Shown piece after piece: positions 38,070 to 48,800 of a stretch of DNA of 61,944 nucleotides. The notes beneath the pieces were generated by a model, which saw nothing but the letters and a program-made list of their open reading frames with translations, searched no databases and was not told where the DNA came from. A program made the translations under genes and the position numbers. Positions within the stretch are counted from its first letter, which is position 1. Every line of letters starts with the position of its first letter. This DNA is from a virus (taxonomy: Duplodnaviria > Caudoviricetes). The stretch lies in the IMG/VR virus record IMGVR_UViG_3300032087_000824, positions 1-61,944 of that record; one strand, given 5' to 3'.

Positions 38070-38093
38070 AGTAATAATCCTAACATAATATTT

Positions 38094-40064
38094 TTAACCT
38101 CCAAATCTCATTACACCTAATGTTTCTATACCAAATACAACTCTTGATGATACATCAGAAACAATAGGAACTCTTGTTCCACGCACTGTAAGTACAGCAT
38201 ATGTAGTAACAGAACCTCTTTCAGTATTAACTGTTATAGGATAACTTAAATTTTCTACTACACCTTTGACAACTTCAGCAGGGTCAAATAGTTCTAATGT
38301 TATACTGTCACCTTCTTTTCCTCTAAGTTCATTGTATAAACTATCACCTAAACCTTTTACAATTAATGGTTTTCTATTAGGTCTTTCTACTCTATCTGAA
38401 ATATTTATAGGTACCCTTACAACTACAAGTTCAGGTCTAGCTAATGCACGAAACTGAAATGATTTAACTTTAGGTGTGTCTTGTTGTAAGTGACTATTTA
38501 GTACTAGCTTACCAATAATGTATCTAGCTACAGGTGTAATCTGTTTCTCAGCATCACCTGCACCGTGGTTTTGTTTTAGTCCAAGCTTATATCCAGTACT
38601 ATCAGGATTGTCTAAATCTTCAAATTTATTAGAAAATCTAAGTTCTACATCTGTATCACTAGGTAGTTCTAGTGTAGATACTGCTGCACCTACAAACTGT
38701 TTTCTTTCTGCTGTGTAAAAATCTGCTGCAGAACTTATGATATAACCTGTACTTTCGTATGTAGTCTGCTCTTTAAATACATTATGACCTGATACTGATA
38801 TAAGAAACATACCATCTGATTGTGTGATACCTCTGCATTTACCTGTACCTACTGTTAATAAATCTCTAGCCAAACCACCTGTTGGTAAGTAGTATCGCCA
38901 CAGATTTAATTCATTAGAAGCTTCACAAACTCCCATATACACACTATCTCTAGATACAAACATACTATATGGTGTAGTATCTACACCATCTGCAAACCAT
39001 TCTTTTATAAGTTGTCTATTAGCTAGTACATATAAATCATCAGCTACAACAAGCTGTGCTCTATATAATCTGCCTACTGTTCTAGTAGCTTCTTGTGTTC
39101 CTAAAAATATTATTCCTTCTGTTGCAGCAATTGTAAATATTTTTTCAAATGATACTTTACTTTGACCTTTAACTTGTGGTGTACCACCATTGTCTTTAAT
39201 AGAATAAACTTTACCATTCTCATTACTTACAAGTACAACTGCACCTGCATCAGCAGCACTAGTAAACTTAGCTTCAGCAGTTACAACTAAATCAGATGAA
39301 GCAGTTGTAAATTTATTATTAAAGTTCCTTGCTATTGGGTCTGCGTGCCATAAGTAGTGTGTACCATTAGATACACCAGCTACAAACACAAAACCTTTTT
39401 CTACAAATATGTTATTCAAATATCCTGATATAACACTGCCTAAACTTTCATTAGTCCAAGATGAACCATCATAGTGTTGCAACTCTGTATTAGTTCCACT
39501 TCCAGCAGTAATAAACAAAGTACCACCAAAAGGTGCCATACCAGTTATGTCATAACCAGCAGTTAAAGAAAGTGTCCAAGTAGTTCCACCATTACTACTT
39601 GCATAAATATTTGCACCACTAGCTAACCATAATGTTTCTCCACTATCACCATTTGTTCTAACTAAGAAACTATTGTCTGATAAATTTGAGCCAGTAACTT
39701 CTAGTGATGTAGTGTTATGTAGTAAGTGTATGTTGTATGATACTTCATCTTCTCCGTGAAAAACATCTATACCTCTACTATCCCAAAATCTTGTACTATC
39801 ATTAGGCTGTCCATTAGCTCTGTGTGCAGTATCTAAACCTTGACCACCTGTAAAATTATTTCTTGAATATATACGACCTAAGTTAGATGTAAAGTCCTCA
39901 GCGTTTTGTTTAACATTAATACCTTGTTCTTGTACATCTGATGATTGTATTGTCATTTCTCTGCCAGGTCCTATAGCAGTTCTTAGAAGCATAGTATCAA
40001 GCCTTGCATCATATCCATAACTTTTAGGTTTACCAATAAAATTAGTAGAAGGTATTCTAGGCAT
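38094..40064 (-). CDS. Tail (nozzle/tubular-B-like) protein, module B
   Basis: 656 aa, beta-rich, follows adaptor. Paralog of <1-424. Confidence 0.65.
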   Translation of the reverse strand: MPRIPSTNFIGKPKSYGYDARLDTMLLRTAIGPGREMTIQSSDVQEQGINVKQNAEDFTSNLGRIYSRNNFTGGQGLDTAHRANGQPNDSTRFWDSRGIDVFHGEDEVSYNIHLLHNTTSLEVTGSNLSDNSFLVRTNGDSGETLWLASGANIYASSNGGTTWTLSLTAGYDITGMAPFGGTLFITAGSGTNTELQHYDGSSWTNESLGSVISGYLNNIFVEKGFVFVAGVSNGTHYLWHADPIARNFNNKFTTASSDLVVTAEAKFTSAADAGAVVLVSNENGKVYSIKDNGGTPQVKGQSKVSFEKIFTIAATEGIIFLGTQEATRTVGRLYRAQLVVADDLYVLANRQLIKEWFADGVDTTPYSMFVSRDSVYMGVCEASNELNLWRYYLPTGGLARDLLTVGTGKCRGITQSDGMFLISVSGHNVFKEQTTYESTGYIISSAADFYTAERKQFVGAAVSTLELPSDTDVELRFSNKFEDLDNPDSTGYKLGLKQNHGAGDAEKQITPVARYIIGKLVLNSHLQQDTPKVKSFQFRALARPELVVVRVPINISDRVERPNRKPLIVKGLGDSLYNELRGKEGDSITLELFDPAEVVKGVVENLSYPITVNTERGSVTTYAVLTVRGTRVPIVSDVSSRVVFGIETLGVMRFGG

Positions 40065-41059
40065 TAGTTAGTGTAATTTATGCTGTTAATAGTAACAGGC
40101 TCAGGATATCTAGCTCTTAGGTCCTTTCGTGCTTGTTGAAGTAAAACTCTTTGATATTGTAATAATGAATTACGAAGTCTAGTTGCACTATCAACAGGAA
40201 AATTTTGTACTTGCATTTGGTCTGTAATGTAATCAGCAGTAGCTGTTGGTATATCTCTACCTGATACTAACTGTGCTGCTACACCAGCCATAACAATAGG
40301 TTCATATTCTGTTTCTAAACCAATAGTTGATAAACTTGTTTCTTCTGTTGTAGGTTCTATAAACTTCTTTTTAAAAGTAACATAAACTTCTTGACCTGCA
40401 CTAATACCATAAACTTGCAGTGCATTAACTTTATTAGGTCCATTGTTTGAGTATGTAAGAGTTTGTTCTGTACCTGTAGCGTCAGTATATGTAAAAGGAT
40501 TAGGCAAATCTATTAGCTCACAACTTACTCCTGTATATCCTATACCTGTTTCATCAGAACCTGCAGACCAATCAGTATATTGTGATATTGCTTTGAGTGG
40601 TGTAATTAAGTAGTTATCATTTGCACCATCTAAAATAATATATCCTGATTTAGCTGTTACAGATTTAGTTTCTGTAGCAAATAAAGTAGGATACATATTT
40701 TTTATTTGGTCACATACAGCATCAAAAACATTTTGTCTAGGAAATGGAGGTGATATCTTAATTATATCTCCAGCATCGTGTATAGCTGCAGTAGTACCTC
40801 TTGCACCTCTAGTAACTGTAATAGTATTAGTAGTAGTATTTAAGTCAGTACATACTAGAAGTTCTCTATCTATTTCAATAATAGTTCCAGCATTTAAAGC
40901 ATCTTCTTCTTCAACACTAAGTAAATTATTATTGAATACAACTGTAGTATCAGATGCACTAATACCAGTTTCTAATGTTGTATAACTAACAACATCATCC
41001 ATTGGTTCTAAATATTCTCTGTAAGTCCTATCAACTAGGTCGCCAATGTTACTACTCAT
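40064..41059 (-). CDS. Putative head-tail adaptor, module B
   Basis: 331 aa; paralog of 424-1437. Confidence 0.65.
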   Translation of the reverse strand: MSSNIGDLVDRTYREYLEPMDDVVSYTTLETGISASDTTVVFNNNLLSVEEEDALNAGTIIEIDRELLVCTDLNTTTNTITVTRGARGTTAAIHDAGDIIKISPPFPRQNVFDAVCDQIKNMYPTLFATETKSVTAKSGYIILDGANDNYLITPLKAISQYTDWSAGSDETGIGYTGVSCELIDLPNPFTYTDATGTEQTLTYSNNGPNKVNALQVYGISAGQEVYVTFKKKFIEPTTEETSLSTIGLETEYEPIVMAGVAAQLVSGRDIPTATADYITDQMQVQNFPVDSATRLRNSLLQYQRVLLQQARKDLRARYPEPVTINSINYTN

Positions 41060-41067
41060 TGTACCTC

Positions 41068-41406
41068 CTAGCTAGTTCTAAATAATAATGTTATAGCTCT
41101 ATCGGCTGCTTCTGTTCCGTTGCTTGTAATTCTAATATATCCTGCTGATGCAAAAGCCCAACCACTAGGGTCTACTCTTACTGCATCTCCAGCAGTTACT
41201 GTATAAGATACTTCACTACCATCTGTTTCTACAACATCGTGCCAAGTAGTTCCGTTTAAAGAAAAATCAAAAGTAACCTTTGTTCCTGTAAAGCTAGCAG
41301 GAAATATAATTCCTGACAACAACATACCATCTGTCTTTACAGTTAATGAATTACTTGCATCTGCAGATACATCAATTAAAGCTTCTTTGCCTATTGTTCT
41401 AATCAT
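41068..41406 (-). CDS. Small beta-rich virion protein (possible decoration), module B only
   Basis: 112 aa between MCP and adaptor; no counterpart at this position in module A. Confidence 0.55.
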   Translation of the reverse strand: MIRTIGKEALIDVSADASNSLTVKTDGMLLSGIIFPASFTGTKVTFDFSLNGTTWHDVVETDGSEVSYTVTAGDAVRVDPSGWAFASAGYIRITSNGTEAADRAITLLFRTS

Positions 41407-41432
41407 ATCGTTCCTTATCTTAGCAGACTTAA

Positions 41433-41456
41433 AGGGGAGAGGTGGAGTTCTCCCCT
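41433..41456 (-). terminator. Hairpin after major capsid B, followed by extended -10 (TGCTAAGAT)
   Basis: AGGGGAGA/TCTCCCCT stem, loop identical to that at 1471-1478. Confidence 0.7.
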
Positions 41457-41471
41457 AAAAGTCATAAGCTA

Positions 41472-42560
41472 TTATGCAGGTGTTACACCTGTAATTTTAC
41501 AATGGTTCTGTGGAGGACCGAAGTCAAATCCCATTTCCATATAAATTGCTTTTGCAACTCGTGCATAGTCATCTTGGTCTATGTCACGAACAAATACAGT
41601 TCCCTTACCAGGAATGTTTGTAAACACAGGGCTTACGAAGGCAAGGTCCACGATATAACACTTGTTATCAGGTAATATATCAGGGTCCAATACCATAAGA
41701 CCAATGTTTCCAAATGGTGTGATAACTGTATCAATATCAACACCACCAACATTTCTATCTCTAGGTAAGATAGCAGGTGTAATAACACCTGAAACGGTAG
41801 GGTTTATTAATTCTTTGTTTAAAGAAAGTAATTGTGCTGGGTTAATCAAAAGCACTGGTTGCTTCATTGCAGACTTAGCGTCATACATAGCTTTCAATGC
41901 TCCTGCGATTGTGTCCCAATGTAGTACTTGGTCTACACCACCTGATTGGTTATCGTAAGATACGCCACCTGTTAATCCTAGGTGAGCATCTAAACCTCTC
42001 ATACCTCTGTCTCCAGTACCAGCAAAGTCTGCACCAGTACCATCATTATAGACACCGTTAATTGCAAACCATTCTACCTCTTTGGCTAGTTTGTCAAGTG
42101 CTAGTTCCATTTGCTCTGCAAACTCATCTTGAATTGGGGAACCACCAAATAGTGCTAGTTTATCACCAGCAGTGTTTCCTGCATTTCCGTCTGAGATATT
42201 GAAAGCGTTGTTACTAACATCAAATACATTTTGGTTGCCAGTAGATGCCAAAGCTGTGTATGACATCTTTACACCTTTTTGGAAGATTTGTGTTACAGCA
42301 GTATATGATACTCTGTCCCTTCCAAGATACTCTGTAGGTTGTCCACCTTCAGTTCCAACAGTTGGAGCTGAAGTAATGGATGCTGTATCAGCAGTTTGGA
42401 ATTGCCAAAAAGTGGAGTTTAAAACTTTTCCACCTCCTGTCATTCCGCCTACAGCAGCAGTAAAAGGAGTTCTCTGACCACCAACTCTAAACAATTCACC
42501 AGCAAAGTTATTAATTTGCTTAGCGTAAATTGTATTATTGGTTAGCGATATTTCCGCCAT
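41472..42560 (-). CDS. Major capsid protein, module B
   Basis: 362 aa; paralog of 1502-2629 (AGDKLALFGGSP, GTVFVRDIDQD, KAIYMEMGF). Confidence 0.85.
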   Translation of the reverse strand: MAEISLTNNTIYAKQINNFAGELFRVGGQRTPFTAAVGGMTGGGKVLNSTFWQFQTADTASITSAPTVGTEGGQPTEYLGRDRVSYTAVTQIFQKGVKMSYTALASTGNQNVFDVSNNAFNISDGNAGNTAGDKLALFGGSPIQDEFAEQMELALDKLAKEVEWFAINGVYNDGTGADFAGTGDRGMRGLDAHLGLTGGVSYDNQSGGVDQVLHWDTIAGALKAMYDAKSAMKQPVLLINPAQLLSLNKELINPTVSGVITPAILPRDRNVGGVDIDTVITPFGNIGLMVLDPDILPDNKCYIVDLAFVSPVFTNIPGKGTVFVRDIDQDDYARVAKAIYMEMGFDFGPPQNHCKITGVTPA

Positions 42561-42574
42561 TTAATTCTCCTAAC

Positions 42575-43039
42575 TTAATTGTCTTGTTGTTTTAGTCCTT
42601 CCATCATCTGCAATTTTGCAGTGATAGATTTTCTTACATTTCCGTCAGCTTCTTTAAGAACTTCTTGGAATGTATGGAAGATATCTTTAGCATCTTCTGA
42701 CACTCCTAAACTTTGTAAGTTCTGCACACGCTGTTGTGCAGCTACTGTATTGTCTACGACAGTATCATCTGAACTTGGTTGGGCTGCAACTTCACTGTCG
42801 CCTAATCCAAATTCTTCTGAAGCATATGCTTTAATAGCATCTACACTAATTGGACCATCATACATTTTAGATACAGCTTTACCTATACCTTTATCTGCTT
42901 CTAGTCCTAATGATGATAAAGCAGTACCCATAGCATCTGACCTAAGTTCCTTGTTTTCAGCTTTAAGCTTCTTGTACTCAGCTCTTAGTTCTGCTAATCC
43001 ACCGCTAAATTCATCTGCGTTTGTTTTATCTTCTGACAT
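42575..43039 (-). CDS. Capsid scaffolding protein, module B
   Basis: 154 aa; paralog of 2653-3132. Confidence 0.7.
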   Translation of the reverse strand: MSEDKTNADEFSGGLAELRAEYKKLKAENKELRSDAMGTALSSLGLEADKGIGKAVSKMYDGPISVDAIKAYASEEFGLGDSEVAAQPSSDDTVVDNTVAAQQRVQNLQSLGVSEDAKDIFHTFQEVLKEADGNVRKSITAKLQMMEGLKQQDN

Positions 43040-43087
43040 AATTTATCTCTCCTAATGTTCTCAAGCATACTTTTAACCCTATATATA

Positions 43088-43210
43088 AATCGCTTGGTAA
43101 TTTAAAGGGGTGTTTTACGACAAGGATTTAGAACAACAGACAGACTACCTTGGAAGGTCTGCCGAATTTTGTGACCCTATTTATAACCTGCGGAACTCAC
43201 CACGCAGTAC
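43088..43210 (-). ncRNA. Candidate structured cis-regulatory RNA in scaffold/MCP leader, copy B
   Basis: Covaries with 3176-3292; upstream TTGACA-16-TACCAT. Confidence 0.6.
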
Positions 43211-43228
43211 TATATATGGTACTACCTT

Positions 43229-44422
43229 TTAATTTTCTGTCAAGCCTATAACTTGACCACCTTGTGTTTGTGCTGCACCAATACCAGGTGAGCTTTCAGA
43301 CAATGCTTGTGCTGCTATAGACTTAATTTGTCCTGATACTAATTCATCACCAAACAATTGTTCTTCTAAGATACTAGATACTTTTCCTAGGTTAGTATTT
43401 CTACCATACTTTCTAGACAATCTACCATACATTCTAGCGGTGACACTAGCATCAAGAAAAGTTTTACTGGCATCTCGTGTATTTACACCTGCACCAATAT
43501 ATCTTTCTATACTAGCTAAATCAATCTTTTCACCTACAGTGCCTGAATATATGGCACCTAGTTCTGAAGCATTTAATCTTCCTTGAATAATATCTGCACT
43601 AGCATTAGGGTCAATAGCTAAAGCTAATATACTACTATCATCCATAAATACTGGTTGCCCTGTTTCTCTTGCAAAGTATTCATTGTATTGATTTATAATA
43701 CTATTCTTTAAATCAACATCTGTTTCTTTAAGTAAGTCATATGCTACTGCTACTCTAGTTCTATATATTTCAGGAGATACATTGTTTTTAACTAATGTAG
43801 CCCATACTTCTTTACCTTTAGCACTAGCATATCCACCTAAGTTATACTCAGTTAATGTAGTCAAAGTAGTTTCTAACCCTGCAATGTATGATGTTTCTGT
43901 CATTTTTAATGAGCCTGTATCTTCATCTATAATGCCTGCAAACACTCTACTATAAGCATCTGCACCTTCACCAAATCTTAATTCATTCAATGCTACTGTA
44001 ACATTACCATCACTTTCTATATATCCATTTATGTATGCTTCTACAAGTTTATCTGCATCAGCACCAGCAAATCTTCTAAGCCAAGGTAGAAGTTGATACA
44101 CTTCATTCTTAGTCATACTTACACCATCTTTTGTTACTGCAGCACCACCTTGTCCGTCACCAGTTGTGTAATCAAACCCACTATTAGGGTCACCATCATT
44201 CAAAGGATTTCTACTTTCAGGTGTACCAGTTACACCATACATTTCAGTACGATGTAAGTTTTCAGATATTGCAATACCACCTGCTTCCATAGCTGCAATA
44301 AAATCTGCATCATTATTAATTGGTTCTAAATAATCACCATTATTGTAAATATAAATTAATCCTTTTTTTCTTAAACTTCTATTTACTGAGTATCTTGTTA
44401 AGACTTCATTTGATACTGCCAT
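43229..44422 (-). CDS. Putative internal virion protein, module B
   Basis: 397 aa; paralog of 3309-4361. Confidence 0.55.
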   Translation of the reverse strand: MAVSNEVLTRYSVNRSLRKKGLIYIYNNGDYLEPINNDADFIAAMEAGGIAISENLHRTEMYGVTGTPESRNPLNDGDPNSGFDYTTGDGQGGAAVTKDGVSMTKNEVYQLLPWLRRFAGADADKLVEAYINGYIESDGNVTVALNELRFGEGADAYSRVFAGIIDEDTGSLKMTETSYIAGLETTLTTLTEYNLGGYASAKGKEVWATLVKNNVSPEIYRTRVAVAYDLLKETDVDLKNSIINQYNEYFARETGQPVFMDDSSILALAIDPNASADIIQGRLNASELGAIYSGTVGEKIDLASIERYIGAGVNTRDASKTFLDASVTARMYGRLSRKYGRNTNLGKVSSILEEQLFGDELVSGQIKSIAAQALSESSPGIGAAQTQGGQVIGLTEN

Positions 44423-45883
44423 TTATATCACTACTCCTCCTAAGCTGTTCCTAATGTTTACAGCCATATCTCTCATAAATTTTTCATTACCTGTTTTATA
44501 TGCGTGTGTTCTAAAAGATTTATTAGTATCTGCAATACTCATACCTAGTGTATCTAAGAATACTGGGTCTTCTTCATCTGCATCTTCACCAAATATATTT
44601 CTATAACTACTCTTATAGTTACCTACTACTTGAACATAGTTTAGATTTTTACCTGAATACTTTTCAAATCTAGGGTCACTATCAAATAACTTTTGATACT
44701 CTGTTAATGCAGCATTCTGATTAGTAGAATACAATCCTATTAATCTAGTCTTTTCTTCTTCAGGTAGTGCATTATATGCAGCAATACCTATGTACTGTAT
44801 CAATGTATCTTTTGCAGTTTCAGAACTTCTAAATGTATCATAATCTACAAATGCATTAAACTGTCCAGGTGCATTAACTTTAGCATCAACACCTGCATAT
44901 AGTGTATATATAGCACTGTCTTTTTCTACCTTGTAACCTTGTATACCTAGTTTATATCCTAGATATTTTTCAAACTGTGAAGTATCTCCAGTAGCAAAAT
45001 CGTATTCTATATCTCCCATACTTAAAGCAGTAAGAAGTGATTTGTATAATTCAGGATTGTCTTTTTTAAATACATCAACATCTATACCTAATTTAATTAA
45101 TGCATTATTCATACCTGTTTCTACTTTTTGTTCTAATGCTAAATACTCTTGATTTACTCCAGTAACTAATTTACCATCTTTATCTATTAGATTATATGTA
45201 CTAGGGTCACCATCAACAGCAGCAATAATAGCATTTAAGTAGGCTAACTTTAATTTAGTAAATCCTTTACCTACACCTGCTAGTGTCATTTGTTCTTGTG
45301 TAATACCTTTACCACTTATAATAGAGTTAAATACTAAAGCTAAAGCAGGTAATCTACCTTCAACTTGTTCATATAAAAATGGATAGATTTCGTGTAATCC
45401 ATCCATTGTCATACCTATCCAATCACCTAGGTTTGTTCCTTCTGCTGTTTTAGTTATTTGAAAGTTATGCATTGTAAGTGGAGTACCTGTAGTACCTTCA
45501 CTTGTTATTACATTCCATTCTTCAGGTAACACATAAGATTTTTGAGGTCCATATCTTTCATTACCTAAACTATCGTTATCCCATCTTGTGTTGTAGTCAC
45601 CTTCAGATAAACCAGTAGCTTCATACATAATGTATGTTGGGTCACCTGTTACTGATGTTATGTTATATAAGAAAAAGACTTTACCATTGCTATCTACATA
45701 AACATAGTCTGCAACCATTCTATCTGAGAAAGTCCAACCAGTAGGTTCAGTACCAATTTGTTGATTACCTTTACTTGTTTTAACAACAAAGCCCCCTCTA
45801 GAAAGATTAATTTCTTCTTCAGGACTATTTGCTATTTGTTCTTCACCTGTTTGTGGATTAATATATTCAATTGGATACGACAT
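44423..45883 (-). CDS. Putative internal virion protein, module B
   Basis: Start moved to MSYPIE (TAATG); paralog of 4361-5617. Confidence 0.55.
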   Translation of the reverse strand: MSYPIEYINPQTGEEQIANSPEEEINLSRGGFVVKTSKGNQQIGTEPTGWTFSDRMVADYVYVDSNGKVFFLYNITSVTGDPTYIMYEATGLSEGDYNTRWDNDSLGNERYGPQKSYVLPEEWNVITSEGTTGTPLTMHNFQITKTAEGTNLGDWIGMTMDGLHEIYPFLYEQVEGRLPALALVFNSIISGKGITQEQMTLAGVGKGFTKLKLAYLNAIIAAVDGDPSTYNLIDKDGKLVTGVNQEYLALEQKVETGMNNALIKLGIDVDVFKKDNPELYKSLLTALSMGDIEYDFATGDTSQFEKYLGYKLGIQGYKVEKDSAIYTLYAGVDAKVNAPGQFNAFVDYDTFRSSETAKDTLIQYIGIAAYNALPEEEKTRLIGLYSTNQNAALTEYQKLFDSDPRFEKYSGKNLNYVQVVGNYKSSYRNIFGEDADEEDPVFLDTLGMSIADTNKSFRTHAYKTGNEKFMRDMAVNIRNSLGGVVI

Positions 45884-48800
45884 TAGTAATCCCTCCTCCA
45901 ATAATCACTGTTATTATCAGTACTATATAAATTAGTGGTAAACATATCAGTTTCAAAGTTGTCTTGTTTTTTATCATTGTTTCTATTATAGAACTGTTTA
46001 TTGTTAGAAAACCTTTGATAATCAAAATATCTAGACCACCAAGTACCAACACCTTTACCTTGACTTATAGTTCCATCACTATATATATCATTAGGTCCTG
46101 TACCTTTACCTGTTACATAAACTTCTGTATTTCCTAGTTGTACAGGTGCAAGAACTTCTGTAGGTTCTACATCATTTAAGGCACCTAATGTATCTATTAC
46201 TTGTCTATTATCATCATCATCATTACCACGACCAGGACTATTAGCATACTTAACACCTTTATAGTCATCTATAATAGGACCAAGTACCCATTCAGTAGGC
46301 GATGCTTTTTCTGCAAACAGTAAAGTATTATTAAGTTTTTCATAATCTATTTCACCAGGTGTTTCCATTGTGTATGCTGTACCAAAAACTTTGTTACTTA
46401 CACCTTTAACTATATTTTCAAACTCTGCTGACCAAGCATCACTAGTACCGTAAGCTAACGCACCACCCCATAAAGCTATTTCATATAGGTCTAATAGTAT
46501 TAAACCAGTAGGTGCTGCTCCTCTTAGTCCTGCTGAGTATGCTAATTTATTTCTAGCACCTTGTAGTAATTTCCATTTAGCACTGTCATCTATAAGACCA
46601 GGTGTAATCTTACTTAAAGCTTCATCTACTTGTGCTTGTACACTTTGTTGTACTACACTTCTAGGTGCTCCTCCTGGACCTGATGCATCTTTAACTACGG
46701 CTTTAGCATCTTTGTCTAGTATTCCTCTAACAGTGTGATATTCTACTTCAGTTAAAGCTGTGACGTTAGCAAGGTTATTGTATGCATTTTCGTGCAATGT
46801 AAACAAATCTATTGTAGTACCTGCAGATGTAAGTAATGGTGTTGCTTCAGGTGCTGTAATAATAGCTTCTCCTACTTCTATAAGTTTTCTAGCATCATCA
46901 TCACTAAGTACACTGTTAGCTACAAATTCAGGTAAGTCTCCTTTAAGACCTAATGCTTCTGTTTCAGCAGTATTAAATCCACTTTCAAAATTAATCCTTA
47001 TGTCATATGCTTCATCTAATGAAGTTTGTTTTATATTCTTATCTATATCTTCATAGTTTCTAAGCGGATTGTTTTCTACTTCTGATTGTGAAATAAGTTT
47101 GTAACTATCTCTATTTAAATTATAAGTTTCTTCATCTATATCTATTATATCTATAGCTTTACCTATACCTGCTTGGTCATTAGGGTCTAACAACATAAGT
47201 TCTTCAAAGTTACCAAAATACATATTTGGATTTTCAACCAATGCTTCAATACCTCCACCTCTCATTAGTCTTGTAATATCTAAAGCTGTAACCGTTGGAT
47301 TGATTTGGTCAGTTTTATAACTTAATATGTTTTTTGCAGCTTCTTTAAATTTATAATAAAATTGTCTAACACCATCAGAGTTATGTGCTTTAATCATAAA
47401 GCCATCAACAAGTCTACGGTTAGACGGCATTATAAGGTTGGCATTTTCAAAAGCTTCAATAACTACACTAGGTGGTACATCCATAGCTTTAGCAGCATCA
47501 CTAATAGAAAACTTGTTAATCCAATTAAATCTTATGTCATCTAAAGTATACAAATTGTCTGTATTCAATCTAACTGTAAAATAATTCTTTGCAGGATTAC
47601 CAATACTTTTACCTGTTATAGAACTGTATTTATTAAAAATAATGTCATCTTCAAATGATGTACTCAATCCTACAAGGTATTCTTGATTTCTACTATCAGG
47701 TGTAGGCATAAATTTAACCTCTCCTGTTGTTCTATCTACTACAGGTACCATAGGGTCATAACCACCTTGTACGTCATTGATGCTTATCTTGTGATGTGGA
47801 GAAGCGTGTGTAATATTAAACTCTAATGTTGTATCAGGTCTACTAATTAATTCTTTAAATTCATCACTAAGCCTACCTTCATCGTAAAACTGTTTTCCCT
47901 TTAATAAAGGACCACCTGCTTCTAAAGAGATTATTCTGTCTATATTAAATTTACTTTCAAATTCACCTAATCTATTATTAGGAACCCAAGCTAATTCATA
48001 GTTACTAAAGTATCCTATATTATCTTTCATTCCTGCTTCATCTATTACAGGTACCTTTTTATTATTAAAAGGTGTTATTGAACTAAAATCATTTTGGTCA
48101 ATCATTAGCATTCTTTTTTTGACCTGTCCATTTTTATCTACATAGTATTCGTGTATAAATGAATTTTTGTGGTTAAATCCTTCTGATATAATATCTGTAA
48201 TAGACTTGTATGTTTCAGTTCTAGGGTCCCATATACCCATTGTCTCATATCTAACAACAGTAGAAACATCTCTATACTGTACTCCCTTTTGAATTTGTTC
48301 AATAGTTGCATATTTATAACCACCATTTTCATTCATAACAGCTTGAATATTTCTTCTTAATGTATTAACTTGTTCTAGTAGTTCTAAGTTTGCTAGTCTT
48401 ATTTCATCAGGTCTATTGCTTAACTCTAAATCTAAGGTACGATATATATCTTGCATTCTTGATACTACACTTACAGCACCACCTTCACCTTTTAAATCAG
48501 GTGTATTAAAATCTTCAAAAGCTCTGTTAATTAATTTTTGAACTACTTTTTGTAATGGTTCAATTGGTTCAGTTTTTGGTACACCAAAACCTATTTCTGT
48601 AACTTTACCTACAATCTTAACTTTGTCTGTCAGAGTTTTTGTATCTATAAATATAATTTCATCTACTGGCATAGGTGCACCTTCTGCCCACTGAGGATGT
48701 ATACTAGTCTGTTCAACAAAACCTGTAGCATCTAGGTAGGATTTAATTATACCCTGACCAGGACCAGTATGCATATTAACAATAACTTGATAATCAAAAA

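Noticed and set aside
35641-40064. Diversity-generating retroelement or invertible tail-fibre cassette
   Set aside because: No reverse transcriptase, recombinase or template/variable repeat pair visible.
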